A DNA stretch of 64,000 bases from Macrostomum lignano. Lineage: Eukaryota. The DNA is taken from positions 124,001 through 188,000 of the forward strand of contig NIVC01000260.1 of NCBI GenBank assembly GCA_002269645.1, in the 5' to 3' direction. A program made the position numbers and the translations under genes. Positions 47,326-60,760 of this stretch are shown here, piece after piece; within the stretch, counting starts at the first letter, position 1; each line of letters begins with the position of its first letter. The notes under the pieces were generated by a model. The model searched no databases and was not told the DNA's origin. It saw nothing but the letters and a program-made list of their open reading frames with translations.

Positions 47326-49011
47326 AAAAGCTGGGGTTGGTGCAGGCTTCATAAAAATAAACTTAACAAAGTAGCAGAATTTAAACATTGAATAAAGTGC
47401 TAGACAAATATATTGCCACAATATAGATATATATTTTTAGTATGCTAGACTGTTGGCTTGCCAACTGCGGCGCTTAATAATAGATTTTTTGTTACAAAAT
47501 GAACAAAAATGTTGACAAATATGCACGGCAGTTAGACTCTGGGTCACTTTGGGCAGGAAAAATAGAAAATCCATCTTTAGGAAAGCAGAGAAAACGCGAT
47601 TATGTTTCAATACAAATTTTGACAAATTAGATCAGTTAATTCTATTTTTGCTTCGGAATTACATGCATGGGACCGGGCACAGCCATTTTGTGTGAGGGGT
47701 ATTCGTACCCGCTATTGTTGCATTGGGAAAGCTTTATATAATATAAGTAGATTAACTTACTCCAGGAATGAGCTGTGCAGGGTAGCACTACTTAAAAGTA
47801 TTACTTTTTATGTATTTTTGTGAGACAAAAAGTGCTGCTTCCACGGCTTGATTGTTAAACTGTAGTATAGATCTTCATATTGGGCTGGCTACCTTCCCAG
47901 ATCTTCAGACTATGTAGGTTACCTTCCCAGATTTTCACACTGGCATTCTCCTAGGCCACAGCATTTTAGCCGTTTACTTGCTAAAGACTGTTTTGTTCCA
48001 CGATTTTGCAGTATCCACGATTAGCTAGTCTTGTTGAAAAAGACCCAGCTGCAGATGGGTCTGTCATAATTGCATAATTACAAGCTAAGAAGCACGTCTC
48101 TCTCTCGCAGCTGTACTCAGTACCTGGGCCATTAGTCGGTGTTGGAGTTATGCTTAGTGTGGCACACAGAATGAAAACGAAAAGCGAGTTCGGGATTCAC
48201 ACAGATTAGGGCCCGGTGCACAGGTGGAGCGAGGCGTAAATTATAGCAGTAAAATACACGCGAATCTGGCGAGAGCGAATGACCAATCAGACTATCGAAG
48301 AATAACTATTTTTAAACACGTTAGATAAAACAAAAAAGCTATTTCGAAAAAAACAAATCGGGAATAAAACAAGATAATTGCTTTGACACACAAGCAGTTG
48401 CGTCACAATTGACCAAGACGGGACAAGAACTTAACAGGCAAAACACAGCACAACGGATATGCAAGTGTGCAATAGCTGCAGCTTCTTTGCGCCCGCAGAA
48501 TGCATAAATTAATTGCCTAAGAAATTAAAGCTGACAAGAAAAGTAATCGACCTTTATAGGAACAGGGTTGAGAATATCGAGTTCCACTTTCTGGTTACTC
48601 TTTGTCATTCCATATATATCTAGACACTTGTACACGCTCGATATTGTCTGATTGAGGCTCATTGTTAATCAACCTCCATCGACATATTCCAGATGAGCAA
48701 TCTATAATAATTCCTTCATCCACGATTTCAATATGCTTGCTTCTACTTTCGTCTATGGTCAAAACACCGTCAATGGTCTGCGTGGCATTGGTCTGTACTC
48801 TCCCCTTGCACTTTTTAGCCATAGACAATCGTCGAAGCATAGGTTGAATATGACTGGCCGTCTTTAACTGAGCTCTCGACTTCTTAAATAACCGTCAATC
48901 GTCCGATGGTCGAAATAAAAAAAAACATTGAGCTAGCGGAAGTGACTAGCAAGAATTCCTCAATGCCCTGTTTGACGATGAGAAACTTTGAGCTCGTGAA
49001 AACCGGCTGGC

Positions 49012-49213
49012 CTAGAATCCTGACGAGCCGTCTCCATCGGGAAAGCGAACGCCCGATGCTGTTGCGGCCTCGCCAGCGTGGGACTGCAGTTTGCTGTGGA
49101 CTTTCATGTGCCTAGTAATCATGTCTCTCCGACAGGCGGAGTAGTTGCACACGCTGCAAATGTACGGCTTCTCACCCGTGTGCGTTCGCATGTGAGTGCT
49201 CAGGTGGTCCGAT
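49012..49213 (-). CDS. klu: Klumpfuss-like C2H2 transcription factor, terminal exon
   Basis: cttcag acceptor; (R)SDHLSTHMRTHTGEKPYICSVCNYSACRRDMITRHMKVH, the Klumpfuss-type finger signature; TAG at 49014-12. Confidence 0.88.
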
Positions 49214-49469
49214 CTGAAGCGGTTGGAAATGCGTTTAGGGTTTGCTTTTCATAGCTGCGCGAGTGGGTGTGACTTGAGTTAGTTCATGGCCGAAAGTGCG
49301 ATATATCATGACCAAAGGTTGCTTTCTTCGTAACTTAACTGCGTATCTCTTCTCCAATTTAGATTAAGAGTGAAGCAGTGTTATGTGCCCTGGATTCTTT
49401 GACCAGAGCGCAATGCAATGAAGCAAAAATATTAACGAAAGGGGTTTTAACTGAGGAATGTTTCAGAAC

Positions 49470-51480
49470 AGAAGACTGCATGGGTTTTGAAAGTGGAATG
49501 CCATCGATGATTCAAGACACAGACTGCATGGGTTTTGAAAGTGGAATGCCATCGATGATTCAAGACACAGACTGCATGGGTTTTGAAAGTGGAATGTCAT
49601 CGATGATTCAAGACACAGACTGCATGGGTTTTGAAAGTGGAATGCCATCGATGATTCAAGACACAGACTGCATGGGTTTTGAAAGTGGAATGTCATCGAT
49701 GATTCAAGACACAGACTGCATGGGTTTTGAAAGTGGAATGTCATCGATGATTCAAGACACAGACTGCATGGGTTTTGAAAGTGGAATGCTATCGATGATT
49801 CAAGACAGACTGCATGGGTTTTGAAAGTGGAATGCCATCTATGATTCAAGACACAGACTGCATGGGTTTAAAGATTGGAATGCTATCGATGATTCACGAC
49901 AGACTGCATGGGTTTTAAAGAGTGGAATGCTATCGATGATTCAAGACACACTTCATGGGTTTAAAGATTGGAATGCTATCGATGATTCAAGACACAGACT
50001 GCATGGGTTTTAAAGAGTGGAATGCTATCGATGATTCAAGACAGACTGCATGGGTTTAAAGAGTGGAATGCTATCGATGATTCAAGACAGACTGCATGGG
50101 TTTAAAGAGTGGAATGCTATCGATGATTCAAGACACAGACTGCATGGGTTTAAAGAGTGGAATGCTATCGATGATTCAAGACAGACTGCATGGGTTTAAA
50201 GAGTGGAATGCTATCGATGATTCAAGACAGACTGCATGGGTTTAAAGAGTGGAATGCTATCGATGATTCAAGACACAGACTGCATGGGTTTAAAGAGTGG
50301 AATGCTATCGATGATTCAAGACACACTTCATGGGTTTAAAGATTGGAATGCTATCGATGATTCAAGACACAGACTGCATGGGTTTTTAAGAGTGGAATGC
50401 TATCGATGATTCAAGACACAGACTGCATGGGTTTAAAGAGTGGAATGCTATCGATGATTCAAGACAGACTGCATGGGTTTTTAAGAGTGGAATGCTATCG
50501 ATGATTCAAGACACAGACTGCATGGGTTTAAAGAGTGGAATGCTATCGATGATTCAAGACACAGACTGCATGGGTTTAAAGAGTGGAATGCTATCGATGA
50601 TTCAAGACACAGACTGCATGGGTTTTAAAGAGTGGAATGCTATCGATGATTCAAGACAGACTGCATGGGTTTAAAGAGTGGAATGCTATCGATGATTCAA
50701 GACAGACTGCATGGGTTTAAAGAGTGGAATGCTATCGATGATTCAAGACACAGACTGCATGGGTTTAAAGAGTGGAATGCTATCGATGATTCAAGACAGA
50801 CTGCATGGGTTTAAAGAGTGGAATGCTATCGATGATTCAAGACACAGACTGCATGGGTTTAAAGAGTGGAATGCTATCGATGATTCAAGACAGACTGCAT
50901 GGGTTTAAAGAGTGGAATGCTATCGATGATTCAAGACACAGACTGCATGGGTTTAAAGAGTGGAATGCTATCGATGATTCAAGACACAGACTGCATGGGT
51001 TTAAAGAGTGGAATGCTATCGATGATTCAAGACACAGACTGCATGGGTTTAAAGAGTGGAATGCTATCGATGATTCAAGACAGACTGCATGGGTTTAAAG
51101 AGTGGAATGCTATCGATGATTCAAGACAGACTGCATGGGTTTAAAGAGTGGAATGCTATCGATGATTCAAGACACAGACTGCATGGGTTTAAAGAGTGGA
51201 ATGCTATCGATGATTCAAGACAGACTGCATGGGTTTAAAGAGTGGAATGCTATCGATGATTCAAGACACAGACTGCATGGGTTTAAAGAGTGGAATGCTA
51301 TCGATGATTCAAGACAGACTGCATGGGTTTAAAGAGTGGAATGCTATCGATGATTCAAGACAGACTGCATGGGTTTAAAGAGTGGAATGCTATCGATGAT
51401 TCAAGACAGACTGCATGGGTTTAAAGAGTGGAATGCTATCGATGATTCAAGACACAGACTGCATGGGTTTCAAGTGTGGA
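49470..51480. repeat. 48/46-bp minisatellite in the klu intron
   Basis: GACTGCATGGGTTTAAAGAGTGGAATGCTATCGATGATTCAAGACA(CA). Confidence 0.96.
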
Positions 51481-52791
51481 ATGTCATCGTCGTCTATAAA
51501 TGAGAAAGTCAAGTCCTCTGTACACCCCGCGTGAGCTTGTGCGTCTAACTAGACTTACAAAAATAAATTCCAGCTTACAAACGTGCATGCCTATAGAAGC
51601 AGCAGCAGTAGCTTTATGTTATGTCCTGAGCTGCGGAATGATGCACTCTCAAGCAGTCCAGGGTGTCGCATGACTTTTGGCAATGTTTACATAAATCGAT
51701 GATGCGATGCATGCATGTAATATGGACCTGGGGACAGGACCTGTGTAATGTAAATCCCTATACGATCCTTTTATATTAATATCTCACTAATTCACAAGAC
51801 TGCTACGCACACAATCTTTGACTTCATACCTGGCTATTAGCGATCAATATAAATTTAGCCTTCAACTAAGCTTTGCCAGTGCAAAATAGAATTGGTTGCA
51901 CTTGCACTGTGCCAGCGACTGTTTATGGCTGGCCTTCCTATGTATGTATATGCTGAATTTCTCACGGAGTACTATTGAGCTTTGTATACGCAATTGTGTA
52001 GCGAAGCCAAACACCAGATTTTGCCAACTGATCTGAGAATTGCATGCTAGATCTGCGGCAGACTGACCGCGTACGCGGCATGTACACCCGTTGCACACTA
52101 ATAAATTTGCATATCGCTTCTCTTGATTCTTTTAGTGAGGACTTTATGACGATAGCTGCAGCTGATACAAATTAATAGCAAATTTTCAATGAGGTGTTCG
52201 TGTTAGAGTAATAACTTCGGCACTGACTAGCTAACTGTAATCAGCTGGTTTCAGGTCTTGAGCTCAAGTGTCAGATTCAATCGACAAGTGTCAGCTTGAA
52301 TCCGATAGTGTCAGGGCCAGGCTCTGTGTGTCAATCATACAATTGTACCCCATATTACTTTCTGCACTATTGAGTACAGACCTAGGCAGCCTAGCTAGAC
52401 AAATTTGAAAGAATTGACTCGTTGACACTGCAAGCGCGGAGCACGGCAAGGTGTCAAATAAGGTTAAAAGCATGTCTTGCTAATGACTTGATGGTAAGGT
52501 GTTTGCTCATCAAATTTACAATGCTCGCTTAGCTTTATTGCCTTGTGTGTTTTATTTATGCAAATGGCCTTTAATGCCCCAAACCCATTGGCAGAAAGCT
52601 CGGAGCTTGACTATTACGAAGTATTAATTATTACTATTATTGGGTGGCTAGAGCATTGACGACCCTAGGTCACGATTTTTAACTGGGTAAATTAATAGTC
52701 TTTTATCCTCCGGAAATAAGCCGATCAGAAGTAGACATCCTTTGGAGAATATAGGCTAGAGGTAAGAATAAAATGGATAATCAAGGATAGA

Positions 52792-53585
52792 AGGTAGAAT
52801 GAACTGTAGAACCGAGGGTAGAATGAACTGTAGAATAGAGGGTAGAATTAACTCTAGAATCGAGGGTAGAATGAACTGTAGAACCGAGGGTAGAATGAAC
52901 TGTAGAATAGAGGGTAGAATGAACTGTAGAACCGAGGGTAGAATGAACTGTAGAATCGAGGGTAGAATGAACTGCAGAATCGAGGGTAGAATGAACTGTA
53001 GAATAGAGGGTAGAATGAACTCTAGAATCGAGGGTAGAATCAACTGTAGAATAGAGGGTAGAATCAACTGTAGAATAGGGGGTAGAATCAACTGTAGAAT
53101 AGAGGGTAGAATCAACTGTAGAATAGAGGGTAGAATCAACTGTAGAATAGAGGGTAGAATCAACTGTAGAATAGGGGGTAGAATCAACTGTAGAATAGAG
53201 GGTAGAATCAACTGTAGAATAGAGGGTAGAATCAACTGTAGAATAGAGGGTAGAATGAACTGTAGAATCGAGGGTAGAATGAACTGCAGAATCGAGGGTA
53301 GAATCAACTGTAGAATAGAGGGTAGAATGAACTGTAGAACCGAGGGTAGAATCAACTGTAGAATAGAGGGTAGAATCAACTGTAGAATAGGGGGTAGAAT
53401 CAACTGTAGAATAGAGGGTAGAATCAACTGTAGAATAGAGGGTAGAATCAACTGTAGAATAGAGGGTAGAATCAACTGTAGAATAGAGGGTAGAATCAAC
53501 TGTAGAATAGAGGGTAGAATCAACTGTAGAATAGAGGGTAGAATCAACTGTAGAATAGAGGGTAGAATCAACTGTAGAATAGAGG
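52792..53585. repeat. 24-bp minisatellite in the klu intron
   Basis: TAGAATCAACTGTAGAATAGAGGG. Confidence 0.96.
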
Positions 53586-54689
53586 GTATTGCGGCATGAG
53601 TTGCAGTTGCAGGATTTCTCCATCACTCGAATATGCTCAGCAAGTTTCGAGCTGTCACTGCAATGATATGTCGCTACTTCAAGACGAAACCTCAATCCGA
53701 TCATGCGACGCAGATAAAAGTACATCGGAGAGTAGCGTCGAGGGAGGTACGAGAAAGCGAGAAAAAGCAAAAAAGCTCATCATTTTGTACTTTTCAAACT
53801 AAACGATCCTCAGTTCTCTCCCTGTGGCTCAAAGCAGCCCCTCGGTCGGGGAGGGGGATGAGGGGGCAGAGTGCCTAGCGAGTGCACTTTCTGATGACGT
53901 CAATGTGCCCTGTTGGCGCGAGCAATTTGCGTGAGCAGGAGGCGGCGGAGGTGGGGCGTGGCAATGGGAAGATTCGCTGTTGAGAGAGTGAGGCACGGAG
54001 GTGCTCCCCGGCTCAAAGCTAGGGAAGAGTGCACCACTCGGGAGTTGGCGCGGAGGTGAGGGAAGCTTCTAGTCCCCGCTCTGTCACATAAGCCCCCCTC
54101 TGCCCGTGGCTGAACTATCATAGCAACTCTCTCCCCGGCAGGTTCTAAATTTAGATATCTGGCAACGCAAACCCCCTCCTATACACTGGCCCAGTGCAGT
54201 CAGTGGCCTGTCAGAGACAGACAAATTGTATTTTGTAGAAGCAGCAAGCAGAGAGCTGGGGAGACAAAAGTTGTGGAAACAAAAGAGTTCAGGCCCTGAC
54301 CGTGACTTGATTGTTGGGGGACGGAAAGCATAGGTCGGGTTTAGCCTTGTGTATTAAGCGGTATCTGAGACTCTGAGAGGTCCCAGTGAACTTTAAAAAG
54401 CATTCTGATCCCTGATTTTTGTTTAACAGTAAACGTTGGATTCACTTGCGTTTACTTCTATCGGTGTTAGTAAAACTGCAGGTAGAATAAGGTCACTGCA
54501 ATGTCAGATATCAGTGCCAAATAAATTCTTCCATTGTTTCACAACTCAATCGCTTAGTGGCGCACCTGTTGAGCACTCAATGCTTCCAATTCAGAATTGT
54601 AAATTGTTTTTTGCATGACTGATTTCTGAAAGCTCCAGTTCTCAGTCGAACACTCTTTCTCCCACTCATGTCTCCCCAGTCCCACTCTC

Positions 54690-55790
54690 ACCCTCAAAAT
54701 CCTCACCCTCTATCACCCCTCTCACCCTCTATTACCCCTCTCACCCTCTATCACCCTTCTCACTCTCTATCACCCCTCTCACCCTCTATCACCCCTCTCA
54801 CTCTCTATCACCCCTCTCACCCTCTATCACCCTTCTCACCCTCTATCACCCTTCTCACTCTCTATCACCCCTCTCACCCTCTATCACCCCTCTCACTCTC
54901 TATCACCCCTCTCACCCTCTATCACCCCTCTCACTCTCTATCACCCCTCTCACTCTCTATCACCCTTCTCACTCTCTATCACCCCTCTCACCCTCTATCA
55001 CCCCTCTCACTCTCTATCACCCCTCTCACTCTCTATCACCCTTCTCACCCTCTATCACCCCTCTCACCCTCTATCAATATTCTCACCCTCTATCACCCTT
55101 CTCACCCTCTATCACCCATCTCACCCTCTATCACCCTTCTCACCCTCTATCACCCCTCTCAAACTCTATCACCCTTCTCACCCTCTATCACCCTTCTCAC
55201 CCTCTATCACCCTTCTCACCCTCTATCACCCTTCTCACCCTCTATCACCCTTCTCACCCTCTATCACCCTTCTCACCCTCTATCACCCTTCTCACCCTCT
55301 ATCACCCTTCTCACCCTCTATCACCCTTCTCACCCTCTATCACCCTTCTCACCCTCTATCACCCTTCTCAAACTCTATCACCCCTCTCACCCTCTATCAC
55401 CCCTCTAACCCACTATCACCCTTCTCACCCTCTATCACCCTTCTCACCCTCTATCACCCTTCTCACCCTCTATCACCCTTCTCACCCTCTATCACCCTTC
55501 TCAAACTCTATCAACCCTCTCACCCTCTATCACCCCTCTAACCCTTTATCACCCTTCTCACCCTCTATCACCCTCTCACCCTCTATCACCCTTCTCACCC
55601 TCTATCACCCTTCTCACCCTCTATCAACATTCTCACCCTCTATTACCCCTCTCACCCTCTATCACCCTTCTCACCCTCTATCACCCTTCTCACCCTCTAT
55701 CACCCACCCCTCTTACCCTCCATCACCCCTCTCACTCTCTATCAGCCCTATCACCCTCCATCATTTCTCTCACCCTTTACCACCCCTCTC
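54690..55790. repeat. 19-bp C/T-rich minisatellite next to the klu donor
   Basis: TCACCCTTCTCACCCTCTA. Confidence 0.95.
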
Positions 55791-55846
55791 AGCCTCTGCA
55801 TCTTTCTCCTGATAAACCACAACACTCTATCGTTCTGACCACTGAC

Positions 55847-56088
55847 CTTGAGAATGACTGCGGGCACAGGTGACACTCGTACGGCCTGGTGTTGCTGTGC
55901 AGCCGAACGTGCCTATTGAGCATATCGCTTCGGGTGAAACTGCGCCCGCAGAACTGGCACAGGTGGCCGCCGCTGCCGGAAGCGGTTGCTGGGGATTTCG
56001 ACGCAGCAGATGGAGCTCTTGCTGGCTTTTGCTGCCTCCGATGCGGCTGCTGCGGAGGGAATACAAAATGCGGCGACAGTTGCTGCTG

Positions 56089-56119
<31 letters not shown>

Positions 56120-56964
56120 AGTTGATGCTGCTGCTGCAAGAAGGCCGCATTGTTTGGCGTCTGCGGTGCGCTCTGGCACATTCGAAATTGCTCCGCAAAA
56201 AAGTAAAAATTCGACTGCTGCTGCGTGTGATGTTGCTGCTGCCTCTGGAGCTGGTGCATTCTTAGTGCTTGCTGCTGCTGCTGCTGCTGCTGCTGTCCCT
56301 CCATCGTGCCGAGACTGAACGGTGACGGCATCGGAGAGAACGGATCGGACTCGAAATCAACCGACGGATGACTGGACGAACTATTCGAGCCTAACCGACG
56401 CTGGTCCGGCATCGAAGCGGAGCTCGAGTGTCGGATCTGCGGCGGTACGGCGAGCAATCCGGAGCCGCTGCCGGCCGCCGCTTGGGCTGGCGGTTCCTCC
56501 CGACCTGATAAGTAGCGGTCTCGGAGGAGCTTCTTGAAGCCGCCAGCCTGACCGACAGCGTCCGAGGACGGTTGCTGCTGCTGCGGAGGTGCATGCAGCG
56601 GCGGTGGTGGCAGCGGAGGTTGAAAGAATGCCTGCTGCGGCTGCGGCGGCGGCGGCGGCTGCTGCTGCTGTTCAAGCCTTGCTGCTTCAGCCGATGAGCC
56701 ACTGCTATTTCTACGCTTCATTCGTTTCTGATAGATTTGGGCTTGACTCATCTTGTCCAGGAGGCCAGAGAAGTCCCGGTGCGGCTGTTGCTTTTGCTTC
56801 GTCATCTCCTGCTCCTGCTGCTTCAGCTGAACCGATTCGCCAGCAGCTGCCGCCGCCGAGTGATCAAAGTCGAAGTTCAACTGCCGTTTGACTCCGCGGA
56901 TCAGAGGGGAAATGACGCTGCCGGCCGACTGTGGCGGCTCTGGCGGGGAAGCCTCGCCAGACAT
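55847..56964 (-). CDS. klu: Klumpfuss-like transcription factor, exon 1 (poly-Q N-terminus, finger 1 and half of finger 2; 439 aa in total)
   Basis: CQFCGRSFTRSDMLNRHVRLH then CHLCPQSFSR; donor AG|gtcagt phase 2 matches the acceptor at 49214. Confidence 0.88.
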
Positions 56965-57679
56965 GCTGTTAGCAGTTAATAACAGCTAATTAGCATAATT
57001 TATTACGCTTATAGCCAGAAATTTCAACGCCGCAAGATGCGAACAGACAGGCAGTAGAAGACAGCACAGTCCGGATTAATAATTGGCACTGCATGGAGAG
57101 CGCATCTATTTAAAAGTTTTTTCTCTTCTCTACCCAACCAACACTCCTTTCTCCATGTCTGTCTCTGTCACCCCCGCTCTGTCCCTCCAGAGCCAACCCG
57201 CGAAGCCCCCCCCCCCAAGGCCCTGGATGTTGGGGAACCCCTCCTCACCCAAGTATTGCCAGAGACCCCTAGGCAGCCACCACCCCAAACCCGCCTACAG
57301 CCGTGGGGTGGTGGGTGGCGGGAAGGGGGGTTGGCCCCGGGTGTGCGTGGGGGTGTTGGGGTAGAAAATCAGGCATGAACTTTAGTCAGACACAGGGTGG
57401 GCGGAACGGTCCGGTCAGTCCAGTCCAAGCGCTTAATTGCCGCCTATCCGCCCGCCTATCGCGCGACCCTCGAGAACGAGTGTGTCGAATAAAAAATGAG
57501 TGTCGGTGAACACTTGATCAACGACAAGGGAAGCTCCGTTGAACATTATCGCGCGCCCCCCCCCTCCTTTCGTTAGGACAAACCTGGCTCTGATGCACTA
57601 AAAAGGTGCCAACTTTTGAGAGCGTTTTATTTCTATACAATACAATCGTTTGGAGGCGTTAAAAAAAACTAGTCTCGAT

Positions 57680-58400
57680 GTAGCGTCATTAGTGGCGCGC
57701 ACAATTAGTGTCATTAGTGGCGCGCACAATTAGTGTCATTGGTGGCGCGCACAATTAGTGTCATTGGTGGCGCGCACAATTAGTGTCATTGGTGGCGCGC
57801 ACAATTAGTGTCATTGGTGGCGCGCACAATTAGTGTCATTGGTGGCGCGCACAATTAGTGTCATTGGTGGTGCCACAAGGTAGTGTCATTGGTGGCACTG
57901 CAAAGTAACGACAATGGTGGCGCCACAAGGTAGCGACTCAATGATGGCGCCACAAGGTAGCGACTCAATGGTGGCGCCACAAGGTAGAGACACAATGATG
58001 GCGCCACAACGTAGCGACTCAATGGTGGCGCCACAACGTAGCGACTCAATGATGGCGCCACAAGGTAGCGACACAATGATGGCGCCACAACGTAGCGACT
58101 CAATGATGGCGCCACAAGGTAGCGACTCAATGATGGCGCCACAAGGTAGCGACACAATGATGGCGCCACAACGTAGCGACTCAATGATGGCGCCACAACG
58201 TAGCGACTCAATGATGGCGCCACAACGTAGCGACTCAATGATGGCGCCACAACGTAGCGACTCAATGATGGCGCCACAACGTAGCGACTCAATGATGGCG
58301 CCACAAGGTAGCGACTCAATGATGGCGCCACAACGTAGCGACTCAATGATGGCGCCACAACGTAGCGACTCAATGATGGCGCCACAAGGTAGCGACAATG
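57680..58400. repeat. Compound minisatellite: 25-bp array grading into 27-bp array
   Basis: ATTAGTGTCATTGGTGGCGCGCACA then GATGGCGCCACAACGTAGCGACTCAAT. Confidence 0.94.
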
Positions 58401-58904
58401 GTGGCACCAAAAACGGGGAAGCACTACGGATAACAAAAGAATAACTAATAAACATTTTCTCCAGAGAAAAGCAATCCGAGGCCCAGAGCATCAGGTGACT
58501 TGGGAAGGGCTGCGGACAGTGCGGAGAGCAGGTGGAGGCAACAGCCTTTTTAACGTCCTTATAGAGAACGGCCTCGCGTCTCAAGTACTAAATTATGCTA
58601 GCTTTTTTTCAGCAGAGGTAGGAAATAATTGCCCTCCACAACCCCATCATCGCGGAGATAGGGGGCTTATAATGGAAATAGCAGTATGCCACGCAATCTA
58701 ACGCTGTACGTTCTCAGCTCACTCTGAGTAGCGAGAGCTGCACTGTAAGAGTCAAGTCTGTAATATGCTGCTTATTAATTCTTTTTAAAGTAAAGTGGCT
58801 TGGCTTATGACTGGCCTGAAAACCAGGATTTTTTAAAAATGACTAGGCAAGTGCGAAACAAAAACTGCAGTGATCAGAAGACGGATGCGAGGCTGTCGCA
58901 GGTA

Positions 58905-59970
58905 TGTAGTCATAATCATATTACGCTCGTAGTTATAGTAATATGTAGTCATAGTCACATTAGTTATAGTCATATGTAGTCATAGTCATATTAGTTATAG
59001 TCATATGTAGTCATAGTCATATCATAGTCATATGCAGTCATAGTCATATTAGTTATAGTCATATGTAGTCATAGTCATATCATAGTCATATGCAGTCATA
59101 GTCATATTAGTCATAGTCATATTAGTTATGGTCATATGTAGTCATAGTCATATCATAGTCATATGCAGTCATAGTCATATTAGTCATAGTCATATTAGTT
59201 ATGGTCATAGTCACATTAGTCATAGTCATATTACTTATGGTCATATGCAGTCATAGTCATATTATAGTCATATTGTTATGGTCATATGCAGTCATAGTCA
59301 TATTATAGTCATATGTAGTCATAGTCATATTATGGTCATATGCAGTCATAGTCATATCTAGTCATAGTCATATTAGTTATGGTCATAGTCATATTCGTCA
59401 TAGTCATATTAGTTATGGTCATATGCAGTCATAGTCATATCATAGTCATTAGTTATGGTCATATGCAGTCATAGTCATATTATAGTCATATTGTTATGGT
59501 CATATGCAGTCATAGTCATATTATAGTCATATTGTTATGGTCATATGCAGTCATAGTCATATTATAGTCATATGTAGTCATAGTCATATTATGGTCATAT
59601 GCAGTCATAGTCATATCTAGTCATAGTCATATTAGTTATGGTCATAGTCATATTCGTCATAGTCATATTAGTTATGGTCATATGCAGTCATAGTCATATC
59701 ATAGTCATTAGTTATGGTCATATGCAGTCATAGTCATATTATAGTCATATTGTTATGGTCATATGCAGTCATAGTCATATTATAGTCATATTAGTTATGG
59801 TCATATGCAGTCATAGGCAAATTATAGTCATATTGTTATGGTCATATGCAGTCATAGTCATTATAGTCATATGTAGTCATAGTCATATTATAGTCATATG
59901 TAGTCATAGTCATATTATAGTCATATGTAGTCATAGTCTATGTAGTCATAGTCATATTATAGTCATCATA
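58905..59970. repeat. CATAGT-based degenerate array
   Basis: GTCATAGTCATAT and GCAGTCATAGTCATATTA variants. Confidence 0.94.
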
Positions 59971-60059
59971 GTCACCCGTAGCCACAAAAATATCCAGAAA
60001 AAAGCCAGAGAATCAAAAGGTTCAAAATGAATTGAGAGTCAGATTGGTCAGAACAATAG

Positions 60060-60335
60060 CCCGAAAGAGGTCAGGAAGAGTCGGGAAGAATCGGAGAGGT
60101 CAGGAAGAGTCAAGAAGAGTCAGAGAGGTCACAGAGAGGTCAGGAAAAGTCAGAAAGAGTCAGAGAGGTCAGAGAGAGGTCAGGAAGAGTCAAGAAGAGT
60201 CAGAGAGGTCACAGAGAGGTCAGGAAGAGTCAGGAAGAGTCAGAGAGGTCAGAGAGAGGTCAGGAAGAGTCAGGAAGAGTCAGAGAGGTCAGAGAGAGGT
60301 CAGAAAGAGTCAGAGAGGTCAGAGAGAGGTCATGT
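60060..60335. repeat. Purine-rich minisatellite
   Basis: GAGGTCAGGAAGAGTCAG variants. Confidence 0.9.
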
Positions 60336-60599
60336 AGAGCATAAAAGTTGAAAAAGAGATCTAAGGAGCAGGCAGTCTAAGGGAGAACAAAAGCAAAGGG
60401 ACAGAGCATCAAAAGGTGCTTTGCCAGCTGAAGATGCAGAGCCAGATGGGGAGCCAGATGAAGAGGTCTAGAACGGAGAAACGGATTTGCAGTAAAACTG
60501 TAGCCTTCACATGGAAATCTATACAGCTCAGGAAATGATTATTTTGCTTTTATTATTAGGGTTTGTGCGTCAATAAGAAGCGAGCTAGGAGGGGGACTC

Positions 60600-60760
60600 G
60601 TGACGCACATGCCGCATCAGCAGCTGCTGGTGCGACTTCCGCCTGCTTCTCCTCTCGCACCGCCCAGTCCATTACGAAATTCAAGCTAAGCAAGGGCGAA
60701 CATCTCGGCGTTTTGCCATCGAATTTCGCTTCTCGGGTTTCTTTATTAAACAAAATTTCC
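60600..60760 (-). mobile_element. Possible degenerate LINE RT fragment
   Basis: CSPLLSLNFVMDWAVR resembles the LSPLLFxxVMDWxMR RT motif; single motif only. Confidence 0.35.

Noticed and set aside
53891-53925. Hammerhead ribozyme candidate (CTGATGA plus a 6-bp stem)
   Set aside because: The stem is followed by CGAG rather than GAAA, and stems I and III are not found.
55827-56979. Plus-strand and alternate-frame ORFs overlapping klu exon 1
   Set aside because: Shadows of a GC-rich CAG-repeat coding exon.
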